This document shows, piece after piece, positions 28,119 to 38,607 of a stretch of 64,000 nt of DNA. Position 1 is the stretch's first letter. Each line of letters opens with the position of its first letter. The translations under genes were made by a program, and so were the position numbers. The notes beneath the pieces were generated by a model. That model was not told where the DNA came from. It saw nothing but the letters and a program-made list of their open reading frames with translations, and made no database searches. The DNA comes from Gammaproteobacteria bacterium (GTDB lineage: Bacteria > Pseudomonadota > Gammaproteobacteria > SZUA-229): assembly GCA_030595185.1 (NCBI GenBank), contig JAUVDT010000001.1, positions 491 through 64,490 on the forward strand. The letters run 5' to 3'.

Positions 28119-28580
28119 TTACTTAGTTTTAACTGTTGCCATCTTATCAATTTCTGCTGCTCTTGATGCGTTAATTTTTTTCAAAACATCATATTCATAC
28201 GACAATAAACGACCAGGTAAAGGTTTGTTCCAGTGCCCCATCATATTTGAAGAACGTTCTCTTGAAATCATTAATACAGATTTGTTTTTACCTTTTGAAC
28301 TTACTTTTACAGTAAACCGAGTTTTTTCTTTATAGTGTTTTGAACCCAGGCTAACTGGTTTTGTCTGCCAGCTTGATGCACCTGTATTTCTTTCTGTTGT
28401 ACGAATTCGAACAAATCTTGAATTCATCACTTTTACAGCCGTGTTATAAACTTTGTCTGCAGGCGCATTATAAACAAGGTTTTGCATCTGTTTATTAATG
28501 TTAGCTTGCTTTTGAATAGCAGCACAACCTGATAAAGACACGGCCAGTGCAATCATTACTATCGATAAAAATCTTTTCAT
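28119..28580 (-). CDS. Hypothetical lipoprotein
   Basis: Start at MKRFLSIVMIALAVSLSGC (lipobox LSGC). Lys-rich mature protein. No recognisable domain. Confidence 0.5.
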   Translation of the reverse strand: MKRFLSIVMIALAVSLSGCAAIQKQANINKQMQNLVYNAPADKVYNTAVKVMNSRFVRIRTTERNTGASSWQTKPVSLGSKHYKEKTRFTVKVSSKGKNKSVLMISRERSSNMMGHWNKPLPGRLLSYEYDVLKKINASRAAEIDKMATVKTK

Positions 28581-28656
28581 GTTTTTTCCTTTTGTTTTTT
28601 GTAAGTAAAAGTTTAGTCTAAGCCTCACTTATAACAAGGTAAGGCTTATAAATTAT

Positions 28657-30747
28657 TTAATTTGGTAGGCCGCCTACGACAATGCCTTCTCCGACGATGA
28701 CGTACTGGCTTCCATCCCAAGCAATACCATAAACACCACCACCACCAAAGGTATTAAAAGATGTCCACGCTATACCGTCGGTACTGGTACTTATTTTACC
28801 TCTACCAATAGCCATATATTGTGTGCCATTCCATTCCGCATCACTCAGTCCATAAGCTTCAGAGGAATTGTGTACTGCCCACGTTAGCTCATTATCTGCA
28901 CTAACATGTACACCACTGCCTTCAAACGCAATAAAGGTACCATCACCTTTTGAGGTAATGCCATAAAACAAGTAGGAATTAAGTGCGCCATCAACAACTT
29001 TCAGCCAATTGATACCATCTGCACTTGTAATAATTGTGCCGTCTGAACTCACAGCCGCATATTTACTACCACTCCATGTAACATCAACCCAATAGCTACC
29101 TAAACCCAATGAGCCAGCAGCATCAGTCCAAGTCGCACCGTTGTCACTGCTCGTCTGAATCAAACCGAAATTACTACTACCAGAATTAGCACCAACGGCT
29201 ACAAGCGTTCCCGCACCATCTGATGTAACGGCCGTAATACTATTGGCAGTTATTGAAACATCTGTCCAAGTAGTGCCATCAGCACTGGTGAATATTTCTC
29301 CAGATGTGCCTACAACAACAAAGTTAGTACCACTCCAACTGATATCGCTTAGTGAATAAGCACCAATTGCGCTACTCGTCCAAGTAATACCGTCAGCACT
29401 GTTATAGGCATTACTATTATTACTAGCTGCAACAAATTTGCTGCCATTCCAAGCGATACCAACAAAACTATCTGTCGCCGTCGTACCTTGCTCCACCCAA
29501 GTTGTCGCATCATCACTGGTATGAATGTCGTATCCAACAGCCAAGAAACCGGCAGCATTGGTGCTTACACTGTGAACGCCGCGATCAGTACTTAGCAATC
29601 TTGGTGTCCAAGTTATGCCATCAGGGCTGGTAAAGATAGGAGCAGAACTAGCACCATTAGTACCGCCATAAGCGATAAACTGGACATTCCAAATAACGCC
29701 TTTAAATGTACAAGACTGACCAAGCGGTAAATTATGTTGTGTCCAAGTTATTGCGTCAGGGCTAGTAAAAGTATCTGAATATTCCCCAACCGCTACGTAT
29801 TGAGAACCATCCCAGGCGATACCTTTTAGTCGTCGTGAAATACTATCTCCGAAGTAATTCGCAACCCAAGTGATGCCGTCTGTACTGGTGAAAACTACAT
29901 CTTCATCCGGCGTACCATTAATTGGATAACCATCGCCTACGATTGCGTAGTTTGTGTCTGTCCAGATAATCGACTCTAGTGTCGCGGGAAGATCAAATCG
30001 ATCTAGTTCCCAGAGCTCACCATTAATACTTGTGTGGACGGAGCCGCCAGCTGAAATGATGATAAATTGACTACCGTTTGAAACGACGTCTACAAATGCA
30101 TGACCAGGGCTCTCTTCATTAACGCCTGTCCAATCGGTACCATTGGTGCTCACCAGAATAGTGCCGTTATAACTGATAGTGACAAATTTACTACCATTCC
30201 AGACGATGCTATTTAGAGTTTGTGTTGTGCCTGATATTTGTGGCGTCCAAGTGACACCATTATCGGCACTAGATAGAATAGAACCATAATCACCAACGGC
30301 GACGATAATAGTGCCATTAGACACACTGTCGCGCATTGTATTGCCTTGTGGCAAAGGATAAGACCATTGCCATGCAGACTGGCTATAGGATGCACCACGA
30401 GATCGCACACTCTCTTCGTTTGAATTCGATGCAGTCACTCTGTAATAATACGTTTGACCTTTTGACAACATGCTGTGCACTAGTTGCGTATTGGCCGCTG
30501 CATCAATCGTCTCAGTTGAAGTAGTAGCAAAGCTTACTGTGTTCCAATAAACGGTATAGCTGGTTGCATCTGTTACCGCATCCCATGACAAGGTGACCTG
30601 ACCAGAACCAGCAAGTGCTTTAACATTAGCGGGTGCTGCAAGAGCGGCGGGGCTGGCAGGCGGAGGTGTATTACTATCACCGCCACCACAGGCACTAATA
30701 ACGGCTATACTAGCCAGCAGGAAAAAACGAAAAATATTATGCAACAT
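28657..30747 (-). CDS. Large BNR/Asp-box-repeat beta-propeller lipoprotein with an N-terminal FN3-like domain
   Basis: Lipoprotein signal (VISACGGG). More than 12 SxDxGxTW-type repeats (DNGVTWT, TNGTDWT, TDGITWV, PDGITWT, ADGTTWT, DNGATWT...). N-terminal ~100 aa resemble a fibronectin type III domain (LSWDAVTDATSYTVYW). Confidence 0.7.
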   Translation of the reverse strand: MLHNIFRFFLLASIAVISACGGGDSNTPPPASPAALAAPANVKALAGSGQVTLSWDAVTDATSYTVYWNTVSFATTSTETIDAAANTQLVHSMLSKGQTYYYRVTASNSNEESVRSRGASYSQSAWQWSYPLPQGNTMRDSVSNGTIIVAVGDYGSILSSADNGVTWTPQISGTTQTLNSIVWNGSKFVTISYNGTILVSTNGTDWTGVNEESPGHAFVDVVSNGSQFIIISAGGSVHTSINGELWELDRFDLPATLESIIWTDTNYAIVGDGYPINGTPDEDVVFTSTDGITWVANYFGDSISRRLKGIAWDGSQYVAVGEYSDTFTSPDAITWTQHNLPLGQSCTFKGVIWNVQFIAYGGTNGASSAPIFTSPDGITWTPRLLSTDRGVHSVSTNAAGFLAVGYDIHTSDDATTWVEQGTTATDSFVGIAWNGSKFVAASNNSNAYNSADGITWTSSAIGAYSLSDISWSGTNFVVVGTSGEIFTSADGTTWTDVSITANSITAVTSDGAGTLVAVGANSGSSNFGLIQTSSDNGATWTDAAGSLGLGSYWVDVTWSGSKYAAVSSDGTIITSADGINWLKVVDGALNSYLFYGITSKGDGTFIAFEGSGVHVSADNELTWAVHNSSEAYGLSDAEWNGTQYMAIGRGKISTSTDGIAWTSFNTFGGGGVYGIAWDGSQYVIVGEGIVVGGLPN

Positions 30748-31015
30748 ATCCAGACATCCTCATTAATTATTTTTTAAAGCCACCTTTAAGTAGCTATTTT
30801 TAAGCAATACAGTTTGATATTTTGCTTAAAATTTATATGAAACTTTGTGTTTATGATTATGTTATGAATAAGGCCATAAAAATATCGACTAAAACGACTA
30901 GATAAATATAACTAGACGGGTAAGCGGTAAGCCTATTATTATTTGATTAGTGGGCAAATATTAACTATAAATATATTAATGAATAAATAGAATCACGGAA
31001 GGGGTAACAGATAAA

Positions 31016-31672
31016 ATGAAAGTATTGCTCATTGATGATCATGAGCTTTTCAGGGATGGAATGCGTTATGTATTAGATAAACTTGGTGATGGCATTCAAA
31101 TATTCGACAGCTGCAGCTATGAAGATGCATTACCTGTTATACAAAATAATCCGGATCTGGATCTGATTCTTTTAGACCTTGGTCTGCCGGGGCTTAGTGA
31201 CATTGATGCATTAAAAGCAATTCGAACTGAAGCACCTTCAACACCGGTTGTTATTCTTTCCAGTAATAGTGATGGAAAAAAAGTTCAGGATATTTTAGAG
31301 CTGGGCGCACAGGGCTATATTCCAAAATCGACCAATTCAAAGATTCTTCTTAATTCGCTAAAGCTGGTGCTTGCCGGTGGTATTTATATTCCTCCGGAAA
31401 TTCTTGCACGAATTAAAGAAAGTGCAGACGAAACTGTTAACGAACAACCTGAAATTCCCAACGTACAATTAACACCCCGACAGTTAGAGGTGTTAGGTAA
31501 ACTAACCCGCGGTTATTCAAATAAAGAAATTAGTTTGGATCTGGGTATGGCAGAGGCAACTGTACGGGTTCACATCGCCGCTATTTTAAAAGCATTAAAT
31601 GTTTCTAACCGTACCAAAGCAGCACACATTGCCTTGCAAAAAGGCTGGGTTACGATGGAACGGAGACAGTAA
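31016..31672 (+). CDS. LuxR/NarL-family response regulator (REC + LuxR HTH)
   Basis: MKVLLIDDHELFRDG...LDLILLDLGLPG. C-terminal LTPRQLEVLGKLTRGYSNKEISLDLGMAEATVRVHI. Confidence 0.85.
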   Translation: MKVLLIDDHELFRDGMRYVLDKLGDGIQIFDSCSYEDALPVIQNNPDLDLILLDLGLPGLSDIDALKAIRTEAPSTPVVILSSNSDGKKVQDILELGAQGYIPKSTNSKILLNSLKLVLAGGIYIPPEILARIKESADETVNEQPEIPNVQLTPRQLEVLGKLTRGYSNKEISLDLGMAEATVRVHIAAILKALNVSNRTKAAHIALQKGWVTMERRQ

Positions 31673-31673
31673 T

Positions 31674-33434
31674 TTATTTTGATAATAAAGAGTTGATCAC
31701 TGCTCGTAGTTTTCCACCAGCTACGGGTTTATGCATAATTTGAAAGCCGCTGTTTTTTGCATCTTTAATTCGTTCAGGCGCGGTGTCACCGGTAATAATA
31801 ATCGCCGGAATTTTTTCATCTTGATATAACGCATGTATTGCATGAATCACATCAACGCCTGTTTCGTGTTTTGCCAGACGGTAATCAGCAAGAATCATAT
31901 CGGCTTTATCAGTAAGCGATAATTTTTCTTTCACATCATCAACCGATGTTAATTCAAGTACCTGACAGCCCCAACCACTCAGTAGCATATTGAGGGCATC
32001 TCTTATCTCTGCTTCATCTTCAACTACAATGATGGTTTTACCTGAAAGTTGAGTATTTACCATAATCGAAGTCGACTCCATTGGAATCGTTTTCTCCACA
32101 AAACTACGTGGACATTTAACAGAAAAAACCGAGCCTTTTTCTGGAACCGATTTCAAACTCAATTCAACATCTAATAACGCCGTTAGCCGTTTAACAATAG
32201 AAAGTCCTAAACCCAAACCTTTGCTTCGGTCACGACTCTGGTTATCCAGTTGATGAAATTCTTCAAAAATAATTTCAGATTCACTGTTTTTAATTCCAAT
32301 GCCCGTATCACACACAGATAACACCACTGCCTTTCCCTTTCGACGACAACCTACTAATACTTTACCGCTCTCTGTGTAACGAATGGCATTACTAATTAGA
32401 TTTCGCAATACACGCTCAATAATTTGCATATCTGTATTTAGAGACAATGAGGTTGGCATGAAATGTATATCTAAACCTTTTTCAGCGGCAATGGTTTTAA
32501 ATTCATTGCGCAAAATATCAAACATTGTCTGAATTTTAAATGGCTTAACATCAATACTAATCACACCGGCATCAAGTTTGGAAATATCCAGTAATGATTC
32601 AAGTAAATTTTCCAGAGAAACCGAAGATTTTTTTATTTTATCAATAACGACAGATTGTTCTATGTCTTTGTTGTTTTCACTGAGCACATTAAGAAATATA
32701 CTCATTGCATGTAAAGGCTGTCGCAAATCATGACTCGCTGCTGCCAGAAAACGTGTCTTGGCTACATTGGCTAATTCAGCCTTTTTGTTTTTAATTTGTA
32801 ACTGTTCGACCAGTTCAATGTTTTCATTTCGTAGCACAATTGATTTATCCAGTGTGTTCTGGTTTTTTTTAGCAACAATAAGCTGCAGCAACAGAAATAC
32901 ACTCAGCATTAGACTCAGTATAATAAATTCAGATTTACCTGCCGATACCAGAACATATGAAAAAGGTAAAATGGTCGGAATCGCAAACGCATAATACGAC
33001 CAGACAAAGTTGGCGAGTGATGCCGATGAACCAACGGTAACACCGGTTAATGTCATTAGCAGAAAGACCATGATAACAAGGTTGTCTGTTTGTAAAAATA
33101 AAAGTGATGTTGCTCCCCAGGTGCAACCTGAAATGAAAGCCGTACCTGCAAATATCCAGCCCCAGTGAATAACTGATGACTCATTACGTTCAACTTTGTA
33201 ATATTGTTTCAGCAAACCATAACGAACAGCGGTAATGCCAACGACAACTACCAGCCAATACAAGCTCAAACTATTATTGGTATAAGTATAAAGAAACGCT
33301 GTCAGTAGTGATGCAATAAAAACGTTACCGACAAGAACTGATGCTACCTGTTTATAGAGTACACGAATTCTCTCAGCTTGCATGCTTTTTACTGTCATGC
33401 CTGATATGTTCTCAGATTCGGTTTTTATATTCAT
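31674..33434 (-). CDS. Hybrid sensor histidine kinase (membrane sensor domain, HisKA, HATPase, receiver)
   Basis: About 6 TM helices. H-box ASHDLRQPLHAMSIF. G-boxes GLGLGLSIVKRL. C-terminal REC (IIVVEDEAEIRD...ILADYRL). Confidence 0.85.
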   Translation of the reverse strand: MNIKTESENISGMTVKSMQAERIRVLYKQVASVLVGNVFIASLLTAFLYTYTNNSLSLYWLVVVVGITAVRYGLLKQYYKVERNESSVIHWGWIFAGTAFISGCTWGATSLLFLQTDNLVIMVFLLMTLTGVTVGSSASLANFVWSYYAFAIPTILPFSYVLVSAGKSEFIILSLMLSVFLLLQLIVAKKNQNTLDKSIVLRNENIELVEQLQIKNKKAELANVAKTRFLAAASHDLRQPLHAMSIFLNVLSENNKDIEQSVVIDKIKKSSVSLENLLESLLDISKLDAGVISIDVKPFKIQTMFDILRNEFKTIAAEKGLDIHFMPTSLSLNTDMQIIERVLRNLISNAIRYTESGKVLVGCRRKGKAVVLSVCDTGIGIKNSESEIIFEEFHQLDNQSRDRSKGLGLGLSIVKRLTALLDVELSLKSVPEKGSVFSVKCPRSFVEKTIPMESTSIMVNTQLSGKTIIVVEDEAEIRDALNMLLSGWGCQVLELTSVDDVKEKLSLTDKADMILADYRLAKHETGVDVIHAIHALYQDEKIPAIIITGDTAPERIKDAKNSGFQIMHKPVAGGKLRAVINSLLSK

Positions 33435-33561
33435 ATTATGAGTATACTTTTAAATGTATTAGATTTGAATGTAATAGGGAATTATCTCCATTTTTTCTAC
33501 TATTTAAATTTAAAGAGGCAATTTCTTTTAATTGCCTTATTCCTTATCCTGTTTATTACAT

Positions 33562-33789
33562 CACTGCTGTCCCGTTAACAATGTTTTATGCGTCTTAAGT
33601 AGTTAATGTTCAGAGATTTTATCTGAAAATAATTATTGTAGACATGAATTACAAATAAAAGAATGAAATTTATAATTTTTTGAACTGTCATCGAGTTCTT
33701 TTATCGAGGATCCAGCAGCTTTTAAGTTACTTGATTCCGGTTAAAAAACTACCGGAATGACAGCGGTAATAGTTAACGGGATAGCAGTG
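33562..33789. mobile_element. MITE-like element with 18-bp terminal inverted repeats cactgctRtcccgttaac
   Basis: Left end cactgctgtcccgttaac (33562-33579). Right end gttaacgggatagcagtg (33772-33789). AT-rich interior containing the hairpin gattccggttaaaaaactaccggaatgac shared with the elements at 4072 and 51540. Confidence 0.6.
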
Positions 33790-33813
33790 TTATTACATGA
33801 TCTATTTTCCATT

Positions 33814-34899
33814 CTATTCCCCATTCAATTCACTAAGACACTGACGTGAACTTTTAACCAGTTCTTTGACGATAAGCGGGTCGGGCTTGATATCTTTAAC
33901 TTGCTTATACAATTTGTCTGCTTCTTCTGCATTTACGCCGATCAGTTTCATTGCCTTTATTGCTGAGGCCAGGTATTGGATGTATTCATCATATTCAATA
34001 GATAAATCTTTTTTAATGTTGTATGCCATATAGAATATTTCTTTTTCATTCATTGCGACTATTTTCTTTGTCTGTAATTTTATAATCAGCTTTAGCATCT
34101 TGTAGGTTAGATGATCTGGGTCTGCGTTATATAGTGACATGCCGCGCATACGTAAGATGTTTTGAGGAAATTCTGAAACTTGCTTGCGTGTTTTGTAATG
34201 CATCAAAAGCGCATAAGCATCGGCACCTTGATCACCGAGAAAGTTATTGTATTCTCCCCATAGATCTTTGCTCGACATTAATTGTGGGCCTACATACATT
34301 GACCTTAAGCAGTGGTAGACCTCATGATCAATAACAAATGTCAGGTATTCATCGGGTAACAAATACATACTTTCTGGAATTTTTAATAGTTTATATAACA
34401 CTGGATGCAAAAGGTGCTTAGTGGATCTCGTTGTGTTACCAGCCACCTCTTCAGGGTCGATGGTGAGGACACAAACATTTTTGGGTTCAACAAAGGAATT
34501 CTCGGCTCTGAACAATGAAGCGGAAGGTGATTGGGTATCCAGCATTAACAGAATTCGGTTTGCACTAACGTACATCAAGTCTTCGCGTAGTTTTGGTGGG
34601 TGTTCGTAATCTAGACTAGTTGGTGCATAGCCAAGAATCAGGTCTAACGCCACCATGTCCTCATTTGTTTCAACACCTCCACGAAGGTTTATAAATAGTA
34701 TTTCGGGATACAGGGTCTTGTAATGGTTAATCTTTTCATTGAACAGAGAGGTTGCAGATAGATTTAAATTTGATGTTTGAGGTTTATCTTGTGCAAAGGA
34801 ATGAGTGTTCGCTGTAATAACTAGCAAATAAAATATAAGACGAGTGACTGATTTTCCTATCTGGACAGACATCAAAGGAACCTCTCTACTGCTATTCAT
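33814..34899 (-). CDS. Secreted hypothetical protein with an HExxH motif (possible zinc metallopeptidase)
   Basis: Signal peptide. IDHEVYHCL (HExxH). No other recognisable family features. Confidence 0.35.
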   Translation of the reverse strand: MNSSREVPLMSVQIGKSVTRLIFYLLVITANTHSFAQDKPQTSNLNLSATSLFNEKINHYKTLYPEILFINLRGGVETNEDMVALDLILGYAPTSLDYEHPPKLREDLMYVSANRILLMLDTQSPSASLFRAENSFVEPKNVCVLTIDPEEVAGNTTRSTKHLLHPVLYKLLKIPESMYLLPDEYLTFVIDHEVYHCLRSMYVGPQLMSSKDLWGEYNNFLGDQGADAYALLMHYKTRKQVSEFPQNILRMRGMSLYNADPDHLTYKMLKLIIKLQTKKIVAMNEKEIFYMAYNIKKDLSIEYDEYIQYLASAIKAMKLIGVNAEEADKLYKQVKDIKPDPLIVKELVKSSRQCLSELNGE

Positions 34900-35170
34900 T
34901 TATAATACAATATTGAGAATAGTCCAATGATATTGGTCAAATAGTTGTATTGAATATTTGATAGAGAATAATTATTTTCAATATTAGTCATTGTTAATAT
35001 TTGAACGATTCTAAAAAAGGACAGTAACAAATGAGAATCATTGCTTTTTATCATTAATTCCTTTTAAAAGTAATGAATAGAGCAGATTATTTGTTAATTT
35101 GTTTGGGATGCATGTAATTCATAAAATTACAGTGTATTCTTTAGTTTATACCTAGCAAAAACACACATAT

Positions 35171-36208
35171 ATGACCTTACTTTTAATTTATCTTGCTATT
35201 GCCATTGGCGTTTCTTTTGTATGCTCAATTCTTGAGGCGGTACTGCTCTCAATTACACCTAGTTTTGTTGAAAGTTATACCAATGAACATCCAAAAAGTG
35301 GTTTAGTTTTATATCGAGTTAAAGACAGGCTTGATGAGTCTATTTCAAGCATTCTTATCTTAAATACATTTGCTCATACGATGGGGGCTGCAGGTGTTGG
35401 CTCTCAGGCTTTGCAGGTTTTTGGGGTGGAATGGGAGACGCTTATTGCGGTGTTGTTAACACTTTCTATTCTTTACTTTTCTGAAATAATACCTAAGACA
35501 ATTGGAGCAACATTCTGGCAACGATTGGCGTTACCTTCTGCGCATACTATTTTGTGGCTGATCAGGCTTGTTTATCCTTTAGTGTGGTTTTCTACAGTTA
35601 TTACACGGTTGTTTAGTAACAAGAAACAAAATGAAATCAGTCGTGAAGAAATACTGGCTTTTGCAGCCCTTGGTTATAAAGGCGGAACATTAGCAAGTCA
35701 GGAAACTGAGTATTTAACGAATGTATTGCGTTTACGGGATATTAAAACAACACAAATATTAACGCCAAGAAGTGTAATGCATGCACTTGATGAGTCGTTA
35801 ATGGTTGGTCAGGCACTTGAAGATGAAAAAACCAGACGGTTCTCACGAATTCCCCTATATAAAGACACTCATGAGAATATTACAGGCTTAGTTAGTAATA
35901 GAGAGTTATTTATTGCTGAGCGAGAAGGTAAAGCGAATACACCAATTAAAGAGTATGCGAAGTCTATTTATCGTGTGTCTGAAAACTTGCCAGTGCAACA
36001 GTTGCTCGACTTGTTTATTAAAAAACGCGAACATCTATTTTTAGTTGAAGATCAGTTCGGTCAGACCGAGGGCATTGTTACTTTAGAGGATGCAATCGAA
36101 ACAATGTTAGGGCGTGAAATTGTTGATGAGACTGATACGGTAGAAGACTTGCAAGAGCTTGCAAAAACAAAATACAGAAGTCGGTTAAGACAAGATAAAA
36201 ATAAGTAG
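35171..36208 (+). CDS. CNNM/DUF21 transmembrane domain plus CBS-pair protein (HlyC/CorC family, lacking the CorC C-terminal domain)
   Basis: Four TM helices in a DUF21-like arrangement. Two CBS domains (ILTPRSVMHALDES..., IPLYKDTHENITGLV...). Confidence 0.65.
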   Translation: MTLLLIYLAIAIGVSFVCSILEAVLLSITPSFVESYTNEHPKSGLVLYRVKDRLDESISSILILNTFAHTMGAAGVGSQALQVFGVEWETLIAVLLTLSILYFSEIIPKTIGATFWQRLALPSAHTILWLIRLVYPLVWFSTVITRLFSNKKQNEISREEILAFAALGYKGGTLASQETEYLTNVLRLRDIKTTQILTPRSVMHALDESLMVGQALEDEKTRRFSRIPLYKDTHENITGLVSNRELFIAEREGKANTPIKEYAKSIYRVSENLPVQQLLDLFIKKREHLFLVEDQFGQTEGIVTLEDAIETMLGREIVDETDTVEDLQELAKTKYRSRLRQDKNK

Positions 36209-36220
36209 CGGTATCAGAAT

Positions 36221-36268
36221 AAAAAGGAGCGGTGATTAATGAATGTTAGACTTATCACCGTTCCCTTT
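36221..36268. terminator. Bidirectional terminator between convergent genes
   Basis: aaaaaggagcggtgat-taatgaatgttagactt-atcaccgttcccttt: an 11-bp stem with one G-U pair, an A-run upstream and a T-run downstream. Confidence 0.65.
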
Positions 36269-36274
36269 AAGTTT

Positions 36275-37054
36275 TTATAATTTCAAATTATTTAACCAGT
36301 TAGAGATGGTCTTTATCATATCTTCGCTTTCTTTCTTGTAGTAATGATCGGCACCTGTAATTATTTCTTGTTTTGATTGTGGGTGGCCGGCTTTTTGAAT
36401 TAATTGCAGGCGTTTGGGTGCCAGGTTAATGACCGCTTTGTAATCTTTTGAGCCATAAATATCCAGAATCGGTACGGTCATTTTGCTATAAGGAAATGAG
36501 CGGCGCATTGGTTGTTTGTAATCAGTGGCACCGGTACCTATGCCAATATAAGCCACTAGCTCTTTGTCACCTTTTTCTTCCAGCCATTGCATAGCCATGT
36601 GCGCGCCGCAGCTGTGTGCAATAAGAATAATATTTTTCAAACCCTGTTTTTTCAGGTACTGAATGGCAGCATCAATACGAGGGCTGGCTTCAGGAAATAT
36701 CGGCACATAATCATAGTATTTGGTATCTTTGGCCATAACGGGCATTTGTATCGAGAGCGTGTCCCATCCCTGTTCAGGTAGCGCTACACGTAGAGGGTAT
36801 ACCACTGTGTTCCAGTTGGGGTGCAGGCCTCGACCATGGAGAATGATGATGCCACCTTTTCGTTTATCGGTTGCACTTTCTGTGTGAATACCGAGGAATG
36901 AATGATTGTTAGCGGTTAATTGAACGGGTTCGCCATCCATGATCGAATCGACAATTTCGTCATGAAGACGTTTTTCTCTAGCAAGGTCTGAGGCTACAGC
37001 AAGGTTTGTTGTGCTAGTAATAAGTGTCATGACAATAAATAGATGTCGTAGCAT
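36275..37054 (-). CDS. Secreted alpha/beta-fold hydrolase
   Basis: Signal peptide. Nucleophile elbow IAHSCGAHMA (GxSxG-like). HGRG oxyanion-like motif. Confidence 0.55.
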   Translation of the reverse strand: MLRHLFIVMTLITSTTNLAVASDLAREKRLHDEIVDSIMDGEPVQLTANNHSFLGIHTESATDKRKGGIIILHGRGLHPNWNTVVYPLRVALPEQGWDTLSIQMPVMAKDTKYYDYVPIFPEASPRIDAAIQYLKKQGLKNIILIAHSCGAHMAMQWLEEKGDKELVAYIGIGTGATDYKQPMRRSFPYSKMTVPILDIYGSKDYKAVINLAPKRLQLIQKAGHPQSKQEIITGADHYYKKESEDMIKTISNWLNNLKL

Positions 37055-37403
37055 GTGTATGCTCCATTGGGCTTGGGTGATTAGATCAAATTTATAAAAA
37101 TAATAATAAATTTAGATAAATAGGGCGCTTAGAAGAGTAGCAAATTATTGGGTTCAAATCTCAATTGTTTTCAATATAAAGGTGCGATAAAGCTACCGCT
37201 CCTCAATAACTGCTCCTGCGTTATTCTAGCTTCCATCATGGCGCCCAGGCCAGCTTCTCGACCTCTGGTCTCACCTTCTCCATGGTGGTCGCATGTAAGC
37301 AACAAATGAGAATCATTTGTATTATGATGTGAGTGGTTTATTAGAATAGTTAAATGAACAGGGAGGGTCACTGTTCTCCCTTTAATTCGATGTTGCGAGC
37401 TTA

Positions 37404-38183
37404 ATGTATTTATTACGTAAACTAGAGAACTGGCGTGTATTGTCTGCCATTAAAAAATACCCAGTAAGGTTTTCTGACTGGGCATCTATCAGATCACTTG
37501 CCTGTATTCGAAACCTGACGTCAGTAGAAAAGGCGCGTTTACGTATTCTTATTTCTGTGTTTTTAAAACAAAAAATATTCGTTGGTGAACAAGATATATT
37601 TATAACTGATGAAATGAAATTAATTGTTGCTGCTCAGGCATGTGTACCTGTATTGAAACTTGGACTTAACTATTATTCTGGTTTTGTACAAATTAATATT
37701 TATCCTACGGCATTTTGGGTCGAGCATAATGACCAGGATGAGGGCGGTATTATACATCGTAAAAAAAGACTGCTTTCTGGAGAGTCATGGCAGCGCGGTC
37801 CTGTTGTTTTGTCGTGGAAAGATATAAAACTGGATTTAAAACATGATAATGAAGGACATAATGTCATTATTCATGAGTTTGCTCATAAAATTGATATGTT
37901 GAATCAGGGGGCGAATGGAGTGCCGTTATTTCCTGTGAATTTTAATACGGATGAATGGGGTAAGGTTTTTCGTCAGGCTTATCATCAGCTTTTGAGTCGT
38001 CAACAGCATCATAAAAAAACATGTATCAATTTATATGCGGCTACGTCTCCTGCTGAATACTTTGCAGTAGTCAGTGAATATTTTTTTACTATGCCATTGC
38101 ATCTGAAGCAATGTAGTCACCCAGTATATAACGAATTAAAGTTGTTTTATCAACAGGATCCGGCTCTTAAGAGTAAGAGTTAA
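37404..38183 (+). CDS. mtfA: Mlc titration factor A / DgsA anti-repressor MtfA (M90 zinc peptidase)
   Basis: Length 259 aa. HEFAHKID (HExxH) with downstream E. Conserved FWVEHNDQDEGG region typical of MtfA. Confidence 0.65.
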   Translation: MYLLRKLENWRVLSAIKKYPVRFSDWASIRSLACIRNLTSVEKARLRILISVFLKQKIFVGEQDIFITDEMKLIVAAQACVPVLKLGLNYYSGFVQINIYPTAFWVEHNDQDEGGIIHRKKRLLSGESWQRGPVVLSWKDIKLDLKHDNEGHNVIIHEFAHKIDMLNQGANGVPLFPVNFNTDEWGKVFRQAYHQLLSRQQHHKKTCINLYAATSPAEYFAVVSEYFFTMPLHLKQCSHPVYNELKLFYQQDPALKSKS

Positions 38184-38185
38184 AC

Positions 38186-38434
38186 CTAATGCGATTTTGG
38201 TTTCCAGAATGGCTTTGTAAACACGCAACCAAACCAAATAGCTGCCATATATAATATGCTGCCGATCATGATTATATTGTATAACTGATCAGCCTCTTTT
38301 CTTTCTGCTAATGTGCTGTATTCACCGGTAATCGTAAGAAAGAATGAAGTCATTAATACGATTAAGCCGAGTAGAATATTTAGTCGCAAAATTTGTGTTC
38401 TCAGAGTCGCGCCTTTTGAACTGAGCATTTTCAT
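38186..38434 (-). CDS. Small hypothetical two-TM membrane protein
   Basis: Hydrophobic helices LNILLGLIVLMTSFFLTI and MIGSILYMAAIWFGCVF. Confidence 0.35.
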   Translation of the reverse strand: MKMLSSKGATLRTQILRLNILLGLIVLMTSFFLTITGEYSTLAERKEADQLYNIIMIGSILYMAAIWFGCVFTKPFWKPKSH

Positions 38435-38607
38435 AGCATTACCTTACATTAATATTGAAATGTTAGGTTTAATGTAGACTATGTATTATCAGGTAGTCTT
38501 GATATATATCATAATATTAGAATTTAGCGATAGACGGTAAGAATTATATTGATAATACCGTTAAATAATTAGATCAGATATTCATAATATGTAATGGAGT
38601 TAACGTT

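Noticed and set aside
28054-28335. + strand 93-aa ORF
   Set aside because: It is antisense to the lipoprotein gene 28119-28580, which has a lipobox and a terminator. No support.
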